Part shown: one piece after another, positions 52,555 to 64,000 of the stretch
Numbering within the stretch: the stretch's first letter is position 1
Layout: each line of letters begins with the position of its first letter
From: Octopus vulgaris
Lineage: Eukaryota
Reading direction: 5' to 3'
Length of the DNA: 64,000 nt
Assembly: GCA_951406725.2 (NCBI GenBank)
Contig: OX597834.1
Coordinates: 14,074,001-14,138,000, forward strand
The notes under the pieces: model-generated
Told to the model about the DNA's origin: nothing
The model's input: only the letters and a program-made list of their open reading frames with translations
The model's database searches: none
Program-made: the position numbers and the translations under genes

Positions 52555-53317
52555 TACTCTTTACTCTTTTACTCTTTTACTTGTTTCAGTCATTTGACTG
52601 CGGCCATGCTGGAGCACCGCTTTTAGTCGAGCAAATCGACCCCGGGACTTATTCTTTGTAAGCCCAGTACTTATTCTATCGGTCCCTTTTGCCGAACCGC
52701 TAAGTGACGGGGACGTAAACACACCAGCATCGGTTCTCAAGCAATGCTAAGGGGACAAACACAGACACACAAACACACATACATATATATATATGCATAT
52801 ATACGACGGGCTTCTTTCAGTTTCCGTCTACCAAATCCACTCACAAGGCATTGGTCGGCCCGGGGCTATAGCAGAAGACACTTGCCCAAGATTCCACGCA
52901 GTGTGACTGAACTCGGAACCATGTGGCTGGTTAGCAAGCTACTTACCACACAGCCACTCCTACGCCTATATATTTATATGCGATGGGCTTCTTTCAGTTT
53001 CCGTCTACCAAATCCACTGACAAGGCATTGGTCGGCCCGGGGCTATAGCAGAAGACACTTGCCCAAGATGCCACGCAGTGGGACTGAACCCGGAACCATG
53101 TGGCTGGTTAGCAAGCTACTTACCACACAGCTACTACTGCGCCTATATATATATGCGATGGGCTTCTTTCAGTTTCCGTCTACCAAATCCACTCACAAGG
53201 CATTGGTCGGCCCGGGGCTATAGCAGAAGACACTTGCCCAAGATGCCACGCAGTGGGACTGAACCCGGACCATGTGGCTGGTTAGCAAGCTACTTACCAC
53301 ACAGCTACTACTGCGCC
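52555..53317 (-). mobile_element. SINE family A with triplicated head
   Basis: Tail 52555-52800; heads at about 52801-52967, 52978-53143 and 53153-53317, separated by short (TA)n. Confidence 0.95.
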
Positions 53318-53610
53318 TTTGCATGAACCAAAGTTACACATGTACACAATAGTTATGTCAGCATCTTGTGGATATCTCAGCAAAAATGATGTTTGACGAG
53401 ACAGGTAGTGGATATCATGTAATACTGATATCTTTAGAAATAACCATGTGATGTGCAGAGCTTGTATGAGGAGCTAACAATGTGATATTTGTATGTATAC
53501 TTCGACGCAGATATTCCACGGTCGGTTGGGTTCAGATTGTCTTGTTTTAGCCAACTCTGTAAAATCCTAAGTGATTCCCAACCGTTCGATTTTATATTCG
53601 GCTGGGTAGT

Positions 53611-53987
53611 GGTGGAAGCACTCCGTCGGTTACGACGACGAGGGTTCCGGTTGATCCGAATCAACGGAACAGCCTGCTCGTGAAATTAACGTGTAAGTGG
53701 CTGAACACTCCACAGACACGTGTACTCTTAACGTAGTTCTCTGGGATATTCAGCGTGACACAGAAAGTGACAAGGCCGGCCCTTTGAAATACAGGTACAA
53801 CAGAAACAGGAAGTAAGAGTGAAAGAAAGCTGTGGTGAAAGAGTACAGCAGGCATCACCACTATCCCCTGCCGGAGCCTCGTGGAGCTTTACGTGTTTTC
53901 GCTTAATAAACGCCCGGTCAGGGAATCGAAACCGCGATCCTATGACCGCGAGTCCGCTGCCCTAACCACTGGGCCATTGCGCACCCA
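53611..53987 (-). mobile_element. SINE family C, full length, tail 1
   Basis: Reverse complement of 20820-21199; TSD CG(G/A)CTGGGTAGT at 53599-53610 and 53989-54000; empty-site paralog at 54538-54626. Confidence 0.95.
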
Positions 53988-54405
53988 CCGACTGGGTAGT
54001 AAGGGATGATGTTAAGTATTTCAGAGCCACCCGAGTAATCTTGATATGATTTTGGGTATCTGCAGATTAAATGTTAATTTTATGTAAATAAATTAAACAA
54101 TCTAAACAATAGCAAGTTAAATGCGAGTAACTCCTTAGATAACCGTATGTGATGGCAAGTAACGCGTAACTTTTCCCCAAAAGGTCTAAATATTTCCCTG
54201 CTCCTTAAATGCGATTCTCTATCCTTAAGCTCACTTTTGTTCCTGACACTCGTTGCCTGAATACACGATGCTAAAACTTGTGTGCATGTAATATGTCCGA
54301 CTGTGGTAATTGCACGATATTACAAAAGAAATGTTTACACAAATTTGTTAGATCTTTAATTTTTTTTTTTTTCTGTTTAAAAGAACTAAATACTATATTT
54401 TTTTA

Positions 54406-54703
54406 AATTTAACACACTCACCGGCAAAATTTTCACTTCTTTTCTTTTTTTTTGTTTTCTTAAAATTTTCGTGGAGTCTTGCTACATTTTCGATAGTCAA
54501 TCTGATCGTGTAATACTGATGTGTTTAGAAATAACCTGTCTTGTTGTAGCCAACTCTGTAAAATCCTATGTGATTCCCAACTGTTCGATTTTATATTCGA
54601 CTGGGTAGTAAGGGATGATGTTAAGTTTGCAAGACGCAGCGAAAATTTTAGGAAAATAAAAATAAGAAATGAGTGGAAATTTTACCAGTGAGTGTGTTAA
54701 ATT
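54406..54703. repeat. Inverted repeat (arms about 76 bp) enclosing a copy of upstream sequence
   Basis: 54406-54482 pairs with 54629-54703; centre 54506-54626 copies the 53416-54017 region minus the SINE and about 90 bp. Confidence 0.8.
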
Positions 54704-54829
54704 ATAAGGCACAAAAAGAAAATGATTCTCCCCAGACACAACAGAATATGCTTCAAACACACGAACTCAAATAAAGAATCTTGCAAAGCAAATCCCAAAA
54801 CACAATATATTTTTTAAGACAAAATAGTA

Positions 54830-54976
54830 AGTTCAAATTCTGCTAAGGTCGATATTTATCTTTCATCCTTTCGTTGTCGAGAAAATAAATACCAGTTGAA
54901 CCCTGGGGTCGGTGTATTCAAATTACACGAAGTCTCGAATCTGCTGGCCAAGCACAAAAGTTTGAAAATATTATTT
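54830..54976 (+). mobile_element. Old SINE B-related fragment
   Basis: GTTCAAATTCTGCTAAGGTCGA...TTTCATCCTTTCG...CTGGGGTCG. Confidence 0.7.
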
Positions 54977-55346
54977 TCATCGTCATCAGCAACCCGACAT
55001 TTGGGAGGATTTTCTTAGCTCCGAAACCTGCATCATTGGAGTAAATTATAATGAAAATCTTTCAAACTGTAACCCGTTCACTTTTGATTTCTTTTCCGAT
55101 TATCCTACATGGTCTACATAAGAGACGATAGGAGATTTAATGTGATCAAATATTTAAATTATTTCTTTTAGGTGGACCGAATAGTGGTTTTCCTACTGAT
55201 AATCAGGGGAAAAAAGAACATGTCGAAGCATCCATACGAAGCATCCATACTTTAATGTATGAAAGAAGGGTTAATAGCATATAAGAGACTTGGTCCAAGC
55301 GAGTATGTTAGCGTTAAAACCGTTAAAATCATTCAGGAACCATGAA
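54977..55346 (+). repeat. Inserted copy of 47938-48304 flanked by a 16-bp TSD
   Basis: TTTGAAAATATTATTT at 54961-54976 and 55347-55362. Confidence 0.88.
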
Positions 55347-56183
55347 TTTGAAAATATTATTTGTTCAAACAAAACTTTCTTCAAAGTTCCAACTCATTCT
55401 GCTTACTGTGCAATTCATATTCATTTCCATACCTTCTTCTTCCTAACACCACACGCATAAAACTGTACAAATATAGTAAAACGTCGAAACGATTATGAAA
55501 CATCGTTTAATAAACACTAAATCTAAATTTTGTATCAGACACCGTGTATAGTTACTCAATGACATGTAATATATTTAACACAATGAGGCATACACAAACG
55601 TATGGCAATACGTGGATGTATTTCTCATACATGAGTATCATACAGGGAATGAGAATTTTACGTGAGTGTATTCAAAAGAGGAAAGGTAAAAGAAACCTAA
55701 GCAAATGACTCTATTTTGAACTGATTGTATTTAATATGCTTTTCTATATAATTCTCTGTACATCGCCGCCACCGGTAGCGTAGCGAAACTATCAAATCCT
55801 TTGTACATTGGAGTCGTGATATATAAAATTCAGAAGAAGTGAAAGAGGATACTCCCAGAGGGCATATAGAGATTCATGAAGCTGTGTATTAACCTTCAGC
55901 AGAATGCCGATATTAAGTTATATTCCTGTGATTCTGTTTTTCTCTTGCTTATCGAAAGTTACCAAATGAAACTGTAGAAATGGAGAAAGATATTGCTGGC
56001 CTGTGACGGCAAGTATTAAGTACACTAACTACGTTAAGTGTAATAAATGCGTTTGCCATGATGAGAACAGTTGTAAAGGTGCAAAAGTCGATTGTTATGG
56101 CATTTCAAATGTAAGGATTTAACATTGTGGAGACACTCACACAAACACAAATACCCACGTAATACATACATGTCTAAATACAC

Positions 56184-56259
<76 letters not shown>

Positions 56260-56292
56260 GTATATATGTATATACAGACATATGTGTATATC

Positions 56293-56324
<32 letters not shown>

Positions 56325-56350
56325 TATATATACACAGACATCTATAAATA

Positions 56351-56419
<69 letters not shown>

Positions 56420-56769
56420 TAGTACCTTGCAGTACGTGTAATTTGCTGTGTGAGCCGGGACTGGAGTGAATTTTTGTCTTTAAGCACCAACGAAAATCCG
56501 CAGTACGAGCACACACTTCGTCCCGTCATTAAGATAATTCAGTTAATAAAACCAATCTTTCGTTTGCATTCTCCCTCTTAAAATTGTAATTTTACTGCTT
56601 TAAAACGTATCAAAATTATTTTTGATTGTCTTTTGAGAGCTGGAAGGGATTGATTACGGTTTACTTGACTTCAACAGAGAAGTAAATCATAAGACAATAT
56701 TGGTCATGGAACGAATTAAACTCGCACATCTAGTTATTACTCTATATAAATATATATATATAAAATGGA

Positions 56770-57480
56770 GTTAACGTAGGTGTAATCAAATATTTTTACT
56801 TTCGACACATGTTTCGAAAATTCCACTGATACTATTTAAAAGAATAAATGGTATAAACAATGCAATTTTCTCCTCAAGAAAATGAAAAAAACCAAACTCG
56901 TCAATAAGACATTTTAGCAAAAAATGATGGATTTGTATAGCAATAGACAGAACGCTATTAATATTGTTTTAAAAAATGTTATATGATATAACGTCATAAG
57001 TAGCTAACAGAAACAGTAGGGATATTAATAGTGAATGTTAAATATAAAGGAAATTAAAGTTTAAATTATATATAATGATAGAGACTACTTATATGCACTA
57101 AAGGTATGTTTTTGCCAATGCTTACATCTGTATGCTCGTTCTATAACCGTGTTTACTAGAGTATTTTTAGAAAAAATAATGAAAAATAGCTCAGAATTGC
57201 AGAGAAGACAGAATTTCTTGCATTTGTCGTATGGTATCGAAATTGAGAGAATCAACCATTCTAAATGAAATTGTTCATTGTGGTCTTTTAAATACCACAA
57301 GTTAAATGTGTGTCTCCAGAGAAGGACTCGATACAAATGTAGAATTTCACATAATACATTATATGTATTTTCTGTACCCAATGTTATTTATTTCCTAGCA
57401 TCAGATGGTAAACTGAGCCTGCTTTCCTTTTCAAACATTCACTGTTGGAATATTTTTTACAAACAGTAAATTTGTTTTGA
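56770..57480 (-). mobile_element. Penelope-like element 3' remnant (GIY-YIG C-terminal region plus pLTR-like tail)
   Basis: ORF 57085-57381: LWYLKDHNEQFHLEWLILSISIPYDKCKKFCLLCNSELFFIIFSKNTLVN...RCKHWQKH resembles the PLE motif W.LK....F.I.W.I....PY....C.LC..E...I....LLN....CRH; hammerhead-like motif downstream. Confidence 0.75.
56799..56882 (-). ncRNA. Minimal type I hammerhead ribozyme (Penelope-associated), C3U variant
   Basis: Minus strand: UUUUC-UUGAGGA-GAAAAUUGCAUUG...CAGUGGAAUUUUC-GAAA-CAUGU-GUC-GAAAG; stems I and II pair; stem III region contains the palindrome ACAUGU. Confidence 0.6.
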
Positions 57481-57695
57481 AATATGAAAAGAAAGCTGGA
57501 AATAAAAAAAAAACACTTACCGTCATGTCGTTTTGTTTAAAAGAATTTGTGAATTACAAGTGCAACAACAGTTGCCTTGAGCTCACGTTTTTGATTTTAT
57601 TTTGATTCCATTACTATGATTCTCATAGTAATATAAACGTTTTGAACATCATACGAAATGCTGTTGTTGTTTAAGTAATGTTTTACAGTAACATA

Positions 57696-58094
57696 GGCGC
57701 AGGAGTGGCTGTGTGGTAAGTAGCTTGCTTACTAACCACATGGTTCCGGGTTCAGTCCCACTGCGTGGCATCTTGGGCAAGTGTCTTCTACTATAGCCTC
57801 GGGCCGACCAATGCCTTGTGAGTGGATTTGGTAGACGGAAACTGAAAGAAGCCCGTCGTATATATGTATATATGTCTGTGTATGTTTGTGTGTCTGTGTT
57901 TGACCCCTAGCATTGTTTGACGACCGATGTTGGTGTGTTCACGTCGCCGTCACCTTGCGGTTCGGCAAAAGAGCCCGATAGAATAAGTACTGGGCTTACA
58001 AAGAATAAGTCCCGGGGTCGATTTGCTCGACTAAAGGCGGTGCTCCAGCATGGCCGCAGTCAAATGACTGATACAAGTAAAAGAGTAAAAGAGT
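57696..58094 (+). mobile_element. SINE family A, full length
   Basis: GGCGCAGGAGTGGCTGTGTGG... to AAAAGAGTAAAAGAG; short AGTAACA direct repeat at both ends. Confidence 0.95.
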
Positions 58095-58267
58095 AACAGT
58101 TTTTTAAATAATACTTTCAGTTGGTTTCTAAGAATATTGCGTTCATATCTGCGCGTTCGTTTTTGCATACGACCTACTGAGGCATACATATGCACGTCTA
58201 TACACACACACAAACACACAGCCTCACGCAAGCTTTCACTCTCTCTCTCACTCAGACGCATATATCC

Positions 58268-58352
<85 letters not shown>

Positions 58353-58404
58353 ATATATGTACATACAAATACATACATATATATTCATACTTATATGTGA
58401 GTGT

Positions 58405-58607
58405 GTCTGTCTGACTGTGCTTGTCTCCCTCGACCATCGCTTGACAACCGATGCTGGTGTGTTTACGTCCTCGTAACCTAGGGATGGAATAAGTACAAGG
58501 CTTACACAGAATAAGTTTTGGTGTCGATTTGCTCGACTAAGAACGATAGTCCCGTATGGCCGCTGTGAAATGACTGAAACAAGTAAAAGAATAAAAGAAT
58601 AAAATAA

Positions 58608-58611
<4 letters not shown>
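58405..58611 (+). mobile_element. SINE family A 3' half, diverged
   Basis: CTTGACAACCGATGCTGGTGTGTTTACG ... AATGACTGAAACAAGTAAAAGAATAAAAG. Confidence 0.85.
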
Positions 58612-58666
<55 letters not shown>

Positions 58667-60130
58667 CATTCACACATACAAACATATGCAATTATATACA
58701 TACATTCCCACCGTCAAGTATTAGAACATATATCAATAAAACTCATTATTTGACTTTAAGAAACCAAAGATTTTTTTTGAACCGGAACAAAACTGAAGAT
58801 GGTTATGCTACTACATCTTGTAACTTCTGATGCTATTACATCTATTATTAGTGCTGTGGCTACTATTAATACTTCTACTACCTCTCCTACTAATACTTCC
58901 GTTTCTACTACTACTAGTGATAATACTACTACTGCTGCTGCTGCTGCTGTTGTTGCTGTTGTTATTGTTGTTGTTGTTAAGCAACAAGACGGGTAAGGGT
59001 GATTAGATGATGGTCTAGGGCTTAGTGGCGGGAGATCCCAGACCTTGTAGAACAAAAAAAATCTTTGGTCGTATTGTTGTAGTCGAGGACTCTTCGTTGA
59101 CGCCCGACGACACTGGGAGGTGGCCCTGGAAGTCGCTGGAAATTCTTGAACGGCTGCTGCTGCTATTGCTACTACTGCTTCTACTACTACTATTACTACT
59201 ACCAACATCTCCAATCACCACTACCACCACCACTACTAAAAGCCACCACCGCTACTACAGCTACTACTGCCAAAAGGGCGTGAATTCTAGGCCTAAATTA
59301 CGCATTAATTCTTTGAAATTAGTCCAATTATCCTGTTGTTTCATATGGTTTGGGTGAGGGTTAACCCGCAACACAATGAAAGTGAAACAGTCGAAGAGTT
59401 GCTTAAAAGAAAAACCAATTGATTTATATTATCGATCAAAGACGAAGGATGAATGCCAAAGGCGATCTCGGAGGAATTTAATCAGGAGAACGTAGAGGCT
59501 CGTAACTTTATACGTTTGCCAGACATAGGGACATTGAGACAGAGTTGCGGGAACACTTGATTACATGAACAGAAGACAATATTTTACATCCTCAAACATA
59601 GATTCTATCAAGTAATTCATTTTCCATCTTCAGTTGACTCTCACACGCTGACGTCCGTATTTTTGCCTGTTTCAGTTTGTTTCTTTCTCTATATTAATGA
59701 GAATTTATTGAAGTTCATCAATAAATAAGACAGACATACTAACTCATTATTTATTTCCGCTCTCCTACGCTCTTGACATTGAATTCTATCGGAAGTGAGA
59801 TGTGATTAATTTCCACCACTAGTTCGATACAATGAATATACTTAATATAACGGCATCGGTTGTAGGAAGTGAATTAGCATATTCCCGAAAGTGTCGGTGA
59901 ACAGGATTTTTGATATCAAGCATCCTCCATTTACATTCTGAGATCGAATATTGACGAGAACGAATTTACTTTTAATTCTATCATAGATCAATATATTTAG
60001 TGCAGCCTAAGCACTGAGGCCGACCTTGCGCCTTGACACAACACGGGCAGTTTTGAGAGGAGTACAGTTAATTGATTCAATCAAATATGATCATTAATTA
60101 TTTCCCTGCTGCAAGCATTTCGTTGTTGGT

Positions 60131-60286
60131 AGCAGGAGTGGCTGTGTGGTAATTAGTTTTGTAAACCAACAACATGGTTCTGGGTTCAATCCCACTGTGT
60201 GGCACCTTGGGCAAGTGTCTTCTACTATAGCCTTGTGAGTGGATTTGGTAGACGGAAACTGAAAGACACCTGTCGTATATATGGTA

Positions 60287-60364
<78 letters not shown>

Positions 60365-60586
60365 CGTGTGTGTGTGTGTGTGTGTATGCTTGTGTGTCTG
60401 TGCTTGTCCCCCCAACATCGCTTGACAACCGATGCTCGTGTAATTGCGTCCACGTAACAAAGAGACCGATAGAATAAATACTAGGCTTTCAAAGAATTAG
60501 TCCTGGGGTCGATTCGCTCGACTAAAGGCGGTGCTCCAGCATGGCCGCATTCAAATGACTGAAACCAATAAAAGAGTAAAAGAGTA
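60131..60586 (+). mobile_element. SINE family A with small deletions
   Basis: Head and tail motifs present. Confidence 0.9.
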
Positions 60587-61460
60587 ATGCTTGGCGATAT
60601 TCGGCAGATAACATTATTCGCTGAGATAACGAGGGTTCCTTAGCGTGTCCGTATTTCAGAATCGATAGTAAAGGACATTGTGATAAATATGTTGAAGATA
60701 ACATAATAAATACAGTAAGTTATTATTCCTGATGTTTAACAACAGATTATTTACTCTGCTAAATTCTTGGAAAGGAAAAAATACCTCGGTAACATCACTT
60801 TATATACCTCAGGAAATTACCATACTTAATACGAATTCTTGTATCTATAGTAAAAACCATCCGTCTTCGAAATTAATGAACATTTAAAAGACGAAGCAGA
60901 TTATCTTGTAGAACTTGACAATAGAAGAACGTGTTTTGGGTTTTTTTTTTTTGTTTTGTTTTTTGTTGTTGTTTTTTTCTTTTGCAGTCGAAACCCATTA
61001 TTTTCCAATTAATATAAGATGAAAATACATTTACTTCCAGGAAACTTCATTCGGAATTAGCATTGGAATATAGCCAGGTGACAAATTCGAATATCTGGCC
61101 AAATGGACATAATTTGCCTGAGTTTTGAATTGTCCCAATGGATACCGTAACAATGGTACCATTCGGAAGACGTTGATTGGCCATTTTAGTTGTTAATTTC
61201 CCAAACCAGCAGTGTAAATAACAAATGGCTGTATGTTTCTTTAGGTTTTCATGGACCTTTGTTTACGAGTTATTATATTTTTTTATTATTTTTATTATCA
61301 ATGATTGAAGTCGTTTGAATTCGTAGCCCATTATTTTCAAATATTTCATTCCATTTATTAAAATTTGTATAAAATGATGAGGGATGGAACGTCGTTTGCT
61401 CTCAATGAGAACTAAACACGTTCCATCCATGATCATCTTGTCAATTGTTCAGAAATAAAT

Positions 61461-62062
61461 GCCTATTTCTTTAGTACCCACAAGATGCTAAACACAGAGA
61501 GGACAAACAAGGACGGACAAACGGATTAAGTCGATGACATCGACCCCAGTGCATAACTGGTACTTAATTTATCGACCCCGAAAGGATGAAAGGCAAAGTC
61601 GACCTCGGCGGAATTTGAACTCAGAACATAAAGGCAGACGAAATACCTATTTCTTTACTACCCACAAGGGGTTAAATATAGAGGGGACAAACAAGGACAG
61701 ACAAACGGATTAACTTGATTACATCGACCCCAGTGCGTAACTGGTACTTAATTTATCGACCCCGAAAGGATGAAAGGCAAAGTCGACCTCGGCGGAATTT
61801 GAACTCAGAACATAAAGGCAGATGAAATACCTATTTCTTTACTACCCACAAGGGGATAAACATAGAGGGGACAAACAAGGACAGACAAACGGATTAAGTC
61901 GATTATATCGACCCCAGTGCGTAACTGGTACTTAATTTATCGACCCCGAAAGGATGAAAGGCAAAGTCGACCTCGGTGGAATTTGAACTCAGAACTTAAC
62001 GGCAGACTAAATACCGCAAAGTATTTCGACCGGCGTGCTAACGATTCTGCCAGCTCGCCGCC
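61461..62062 (-). mobile_element. SINE family B trimer (one head plus 3 x 184 bp)
   Basis: Unit boundaries at 61461, 61645, 61829 and 62013; TSD TTC(A/T)GAAATAAAT(G/A)CCT at 61448-61464 and 62064-62080. Confidence 0.95.
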
Positions 62063-62954
62063 TTTCTGAAATAAATACCTTACTGCTTATATTGTCAAAT
62101 ATACATTTATATTCTACAGACAAAACGGCTTCATTTCAAGCCGGGTTATTTCATATTTCTAGCGAATCCGGAAATCATGTTAGATATTCTCTGGTTGAAT
62201 CATACAGTATTAAATGTCAACCCACTCCAGTATGAACTGCGTTTCTTCACTGTTTAACATTCTCTTTTTTTTTATTCCCACAATGTAACAAACTGCGTTT
62301 TCATTAATAGTGAGTCAACCGATACGAACCTACATATATTTTCAAATAAAGCTTTTTTACCATGTTAAAATTGAATATATTGACAGCTGTTTGTAAGCTT
62401 CAATTTTCTTTTCTTTCTTTTTTTGATTTGGAAGATTCTTCATGTGTTAAAACATCTTGTTGTAAATCGGGTGGGTCATTATGCCAATAATAAGAAAAAA
62501 TCTTGTACTGATCCTGTTTCTCTGTGTTATTATTTCTTTGTTGATTGCTTACCTATTTAACAAATAAATACTCGGTTGTTTCATTAATAGGTCGTACAGT
62601 GCATATCTTTAAATAGGTTACGATTGGTCACAAGATATTTAGGATAAACCTAAATGATTGGCAGATTGATCAAAATATTAATCAAGTATTGATTAAATAA
62701 GAAATACAGAAGTGAAATAGAACAACGACCTGAATTTATTATTAGTAGTATCACCCTACCGATCTCAAAAAAAATGCTTTTCAACTTATTCATCTGCAAG
62801 TAATATATTTCTTAGCCGTCGCTTGCAATCTGATCTAGAATACATATGATCAAAGGTTTTCCTACGTATATAGAATCGGTGTCTTCTGGACTGAATATAC
62901 ACTTCTTGTAAGTTTTTACAGATTTAGTTCATATGTATCGAATGTGAAAAGGTG

Positions 62955-63252
62955 TTACCGACCAGGCTATCGGATGTTGCTACACATCACTGTTCACAAT
63001 GCGCTTCGCATAGTTTTAGCCTTAAAATAACGCCACTCCGCTGGCTAAACGAGCAGGCCAACAGAGGAAAGAGTGAAAGAAAGTTGTGGCGAAAGAGTAC
63101 AGCAGGGATCGCCACCACCCTCTGCCGGAGCCTCGTGGAGCTTTAGATGTTTTTCGCTCAATAAACACTCACAACGCCCGATCTGAGAATCGAAACTGCG
63201 ATCCTACGACCGCGTGTCCGCCGCCCTAACCACCACGCCGTTGCGCCTCCAC
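62955..63252 (-). mobile_element. SINE with family C head and alternative tail 3
   Basis: 63065-63252 matches the family C head and body; 62955-63064 matches 31660-31765. Confidence 0.85.
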
Positions 63253-63273
63253 AGGTAATTATGTATATGTATA

Positions 63274-63377
<104 letters not shown>

Positions 63378-64000
63378 TGAATGTGTGTATGAAAATATGT
63401 TTATGTGTGTATATATGTGCAAACCTTCCGCGCAATAAATATATTTATTTGATATACTTTCGTATATACAATGGTAAATTCTGTCTCTCCAAGACAAGGT
63501 GTCTTGTATATTGGTTACGAGATGATATTTATTTCGTACACTTTATTGTCTAGATTTCCATCTGCACTCAGAGTGAACTATTTCTTTCAATATCTTAACA
63601 AAAACTCAATTATTACAACAATCGTATTACTATCTTCTTCAGAACAAATACAAAAATTTTCATTCCTGATACTTAATACTCGAAAAACTGGAATTGCTGT
63701 GCGTGGGAGAGTCGCACCTCTCACACAACTCTACTTATCTATATGATATTTTAGAACCACCTCTCATAAAAGAATAGCAATTATTTCATTCCCAGTATCA
63801 GGAGTAAAATCTGAACGTCGTACAAGATTAAAACCCCAGTTCCAATCGAATTGTTTACTTAGATGTTTTCTTCTGTTTTCTTTAACAATATTTTCGTGCA
63901 ATATTTCTAGAATCGAAAGGCACGTACGACCGGTTTAAACTGTGTGGATTGAAAAGCAATTACGTATGGAGAGATTAAATATATACCTGGCATATATATG

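Noticed and set aside
52744-53326. Repeated peptide [48 protein letters not shown] seen in many ORFs
   Set aside because: It is the antisense translation of the SINE A head, not a protein family.
58985-59155. GC-richer island between triplet repeats, possible exon
   Set aside because: Short, no recognisable domain, and the surrounding ORFs are driven by (CTA)/(CTG)/(GTT) repeats.

Overview
AT-rich, microsatellite-dense eukaryotic non-coding DNA. It is most consistent with a coleoid cephalopod (Octopus-like) genome, inferred from the tRNA-derived SINE families, the LINE remnants and the very abundant (TA)n/(TG)n/(ATT)n/(GAT)n tracts. I find no convincing host protein-coding exon, tRNA or rRNA gene; nearly all listed ORFs are translations of simple repeats or SINEs. 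Recognisable content: four modular SINE families in many copies; a 5'-truncated CR1-group LINE with a nearly intact RT frame (about 40145-42000) plus other CR1 and RTE remnants; three decayed Tc1/mariner-superfamily elements; non-autonomous Helitron/Helentron-type elements; Penelope-like remnants with minimal hammerhead-ribozyme motifs; and a 4.6-kb simple-repeat block (42.9-47.5 kb). The most interesting signals are: (i) SINE multimers with a fixed 183-184-bp period and the same junction at three independent loci; (ii) short local templated duplications, one flanked by a 16-bp TSD and one captured inside a palindrome; (iii) a nearly canonical hammerhead downstream of a Penelope-like ORF remnant; (iv) many fold-back palindromes next to (TA)n; (v) a small Gly/Tyr-rich ORF in a GC-rich island. 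Family names come from recognition by eye, not database searches.
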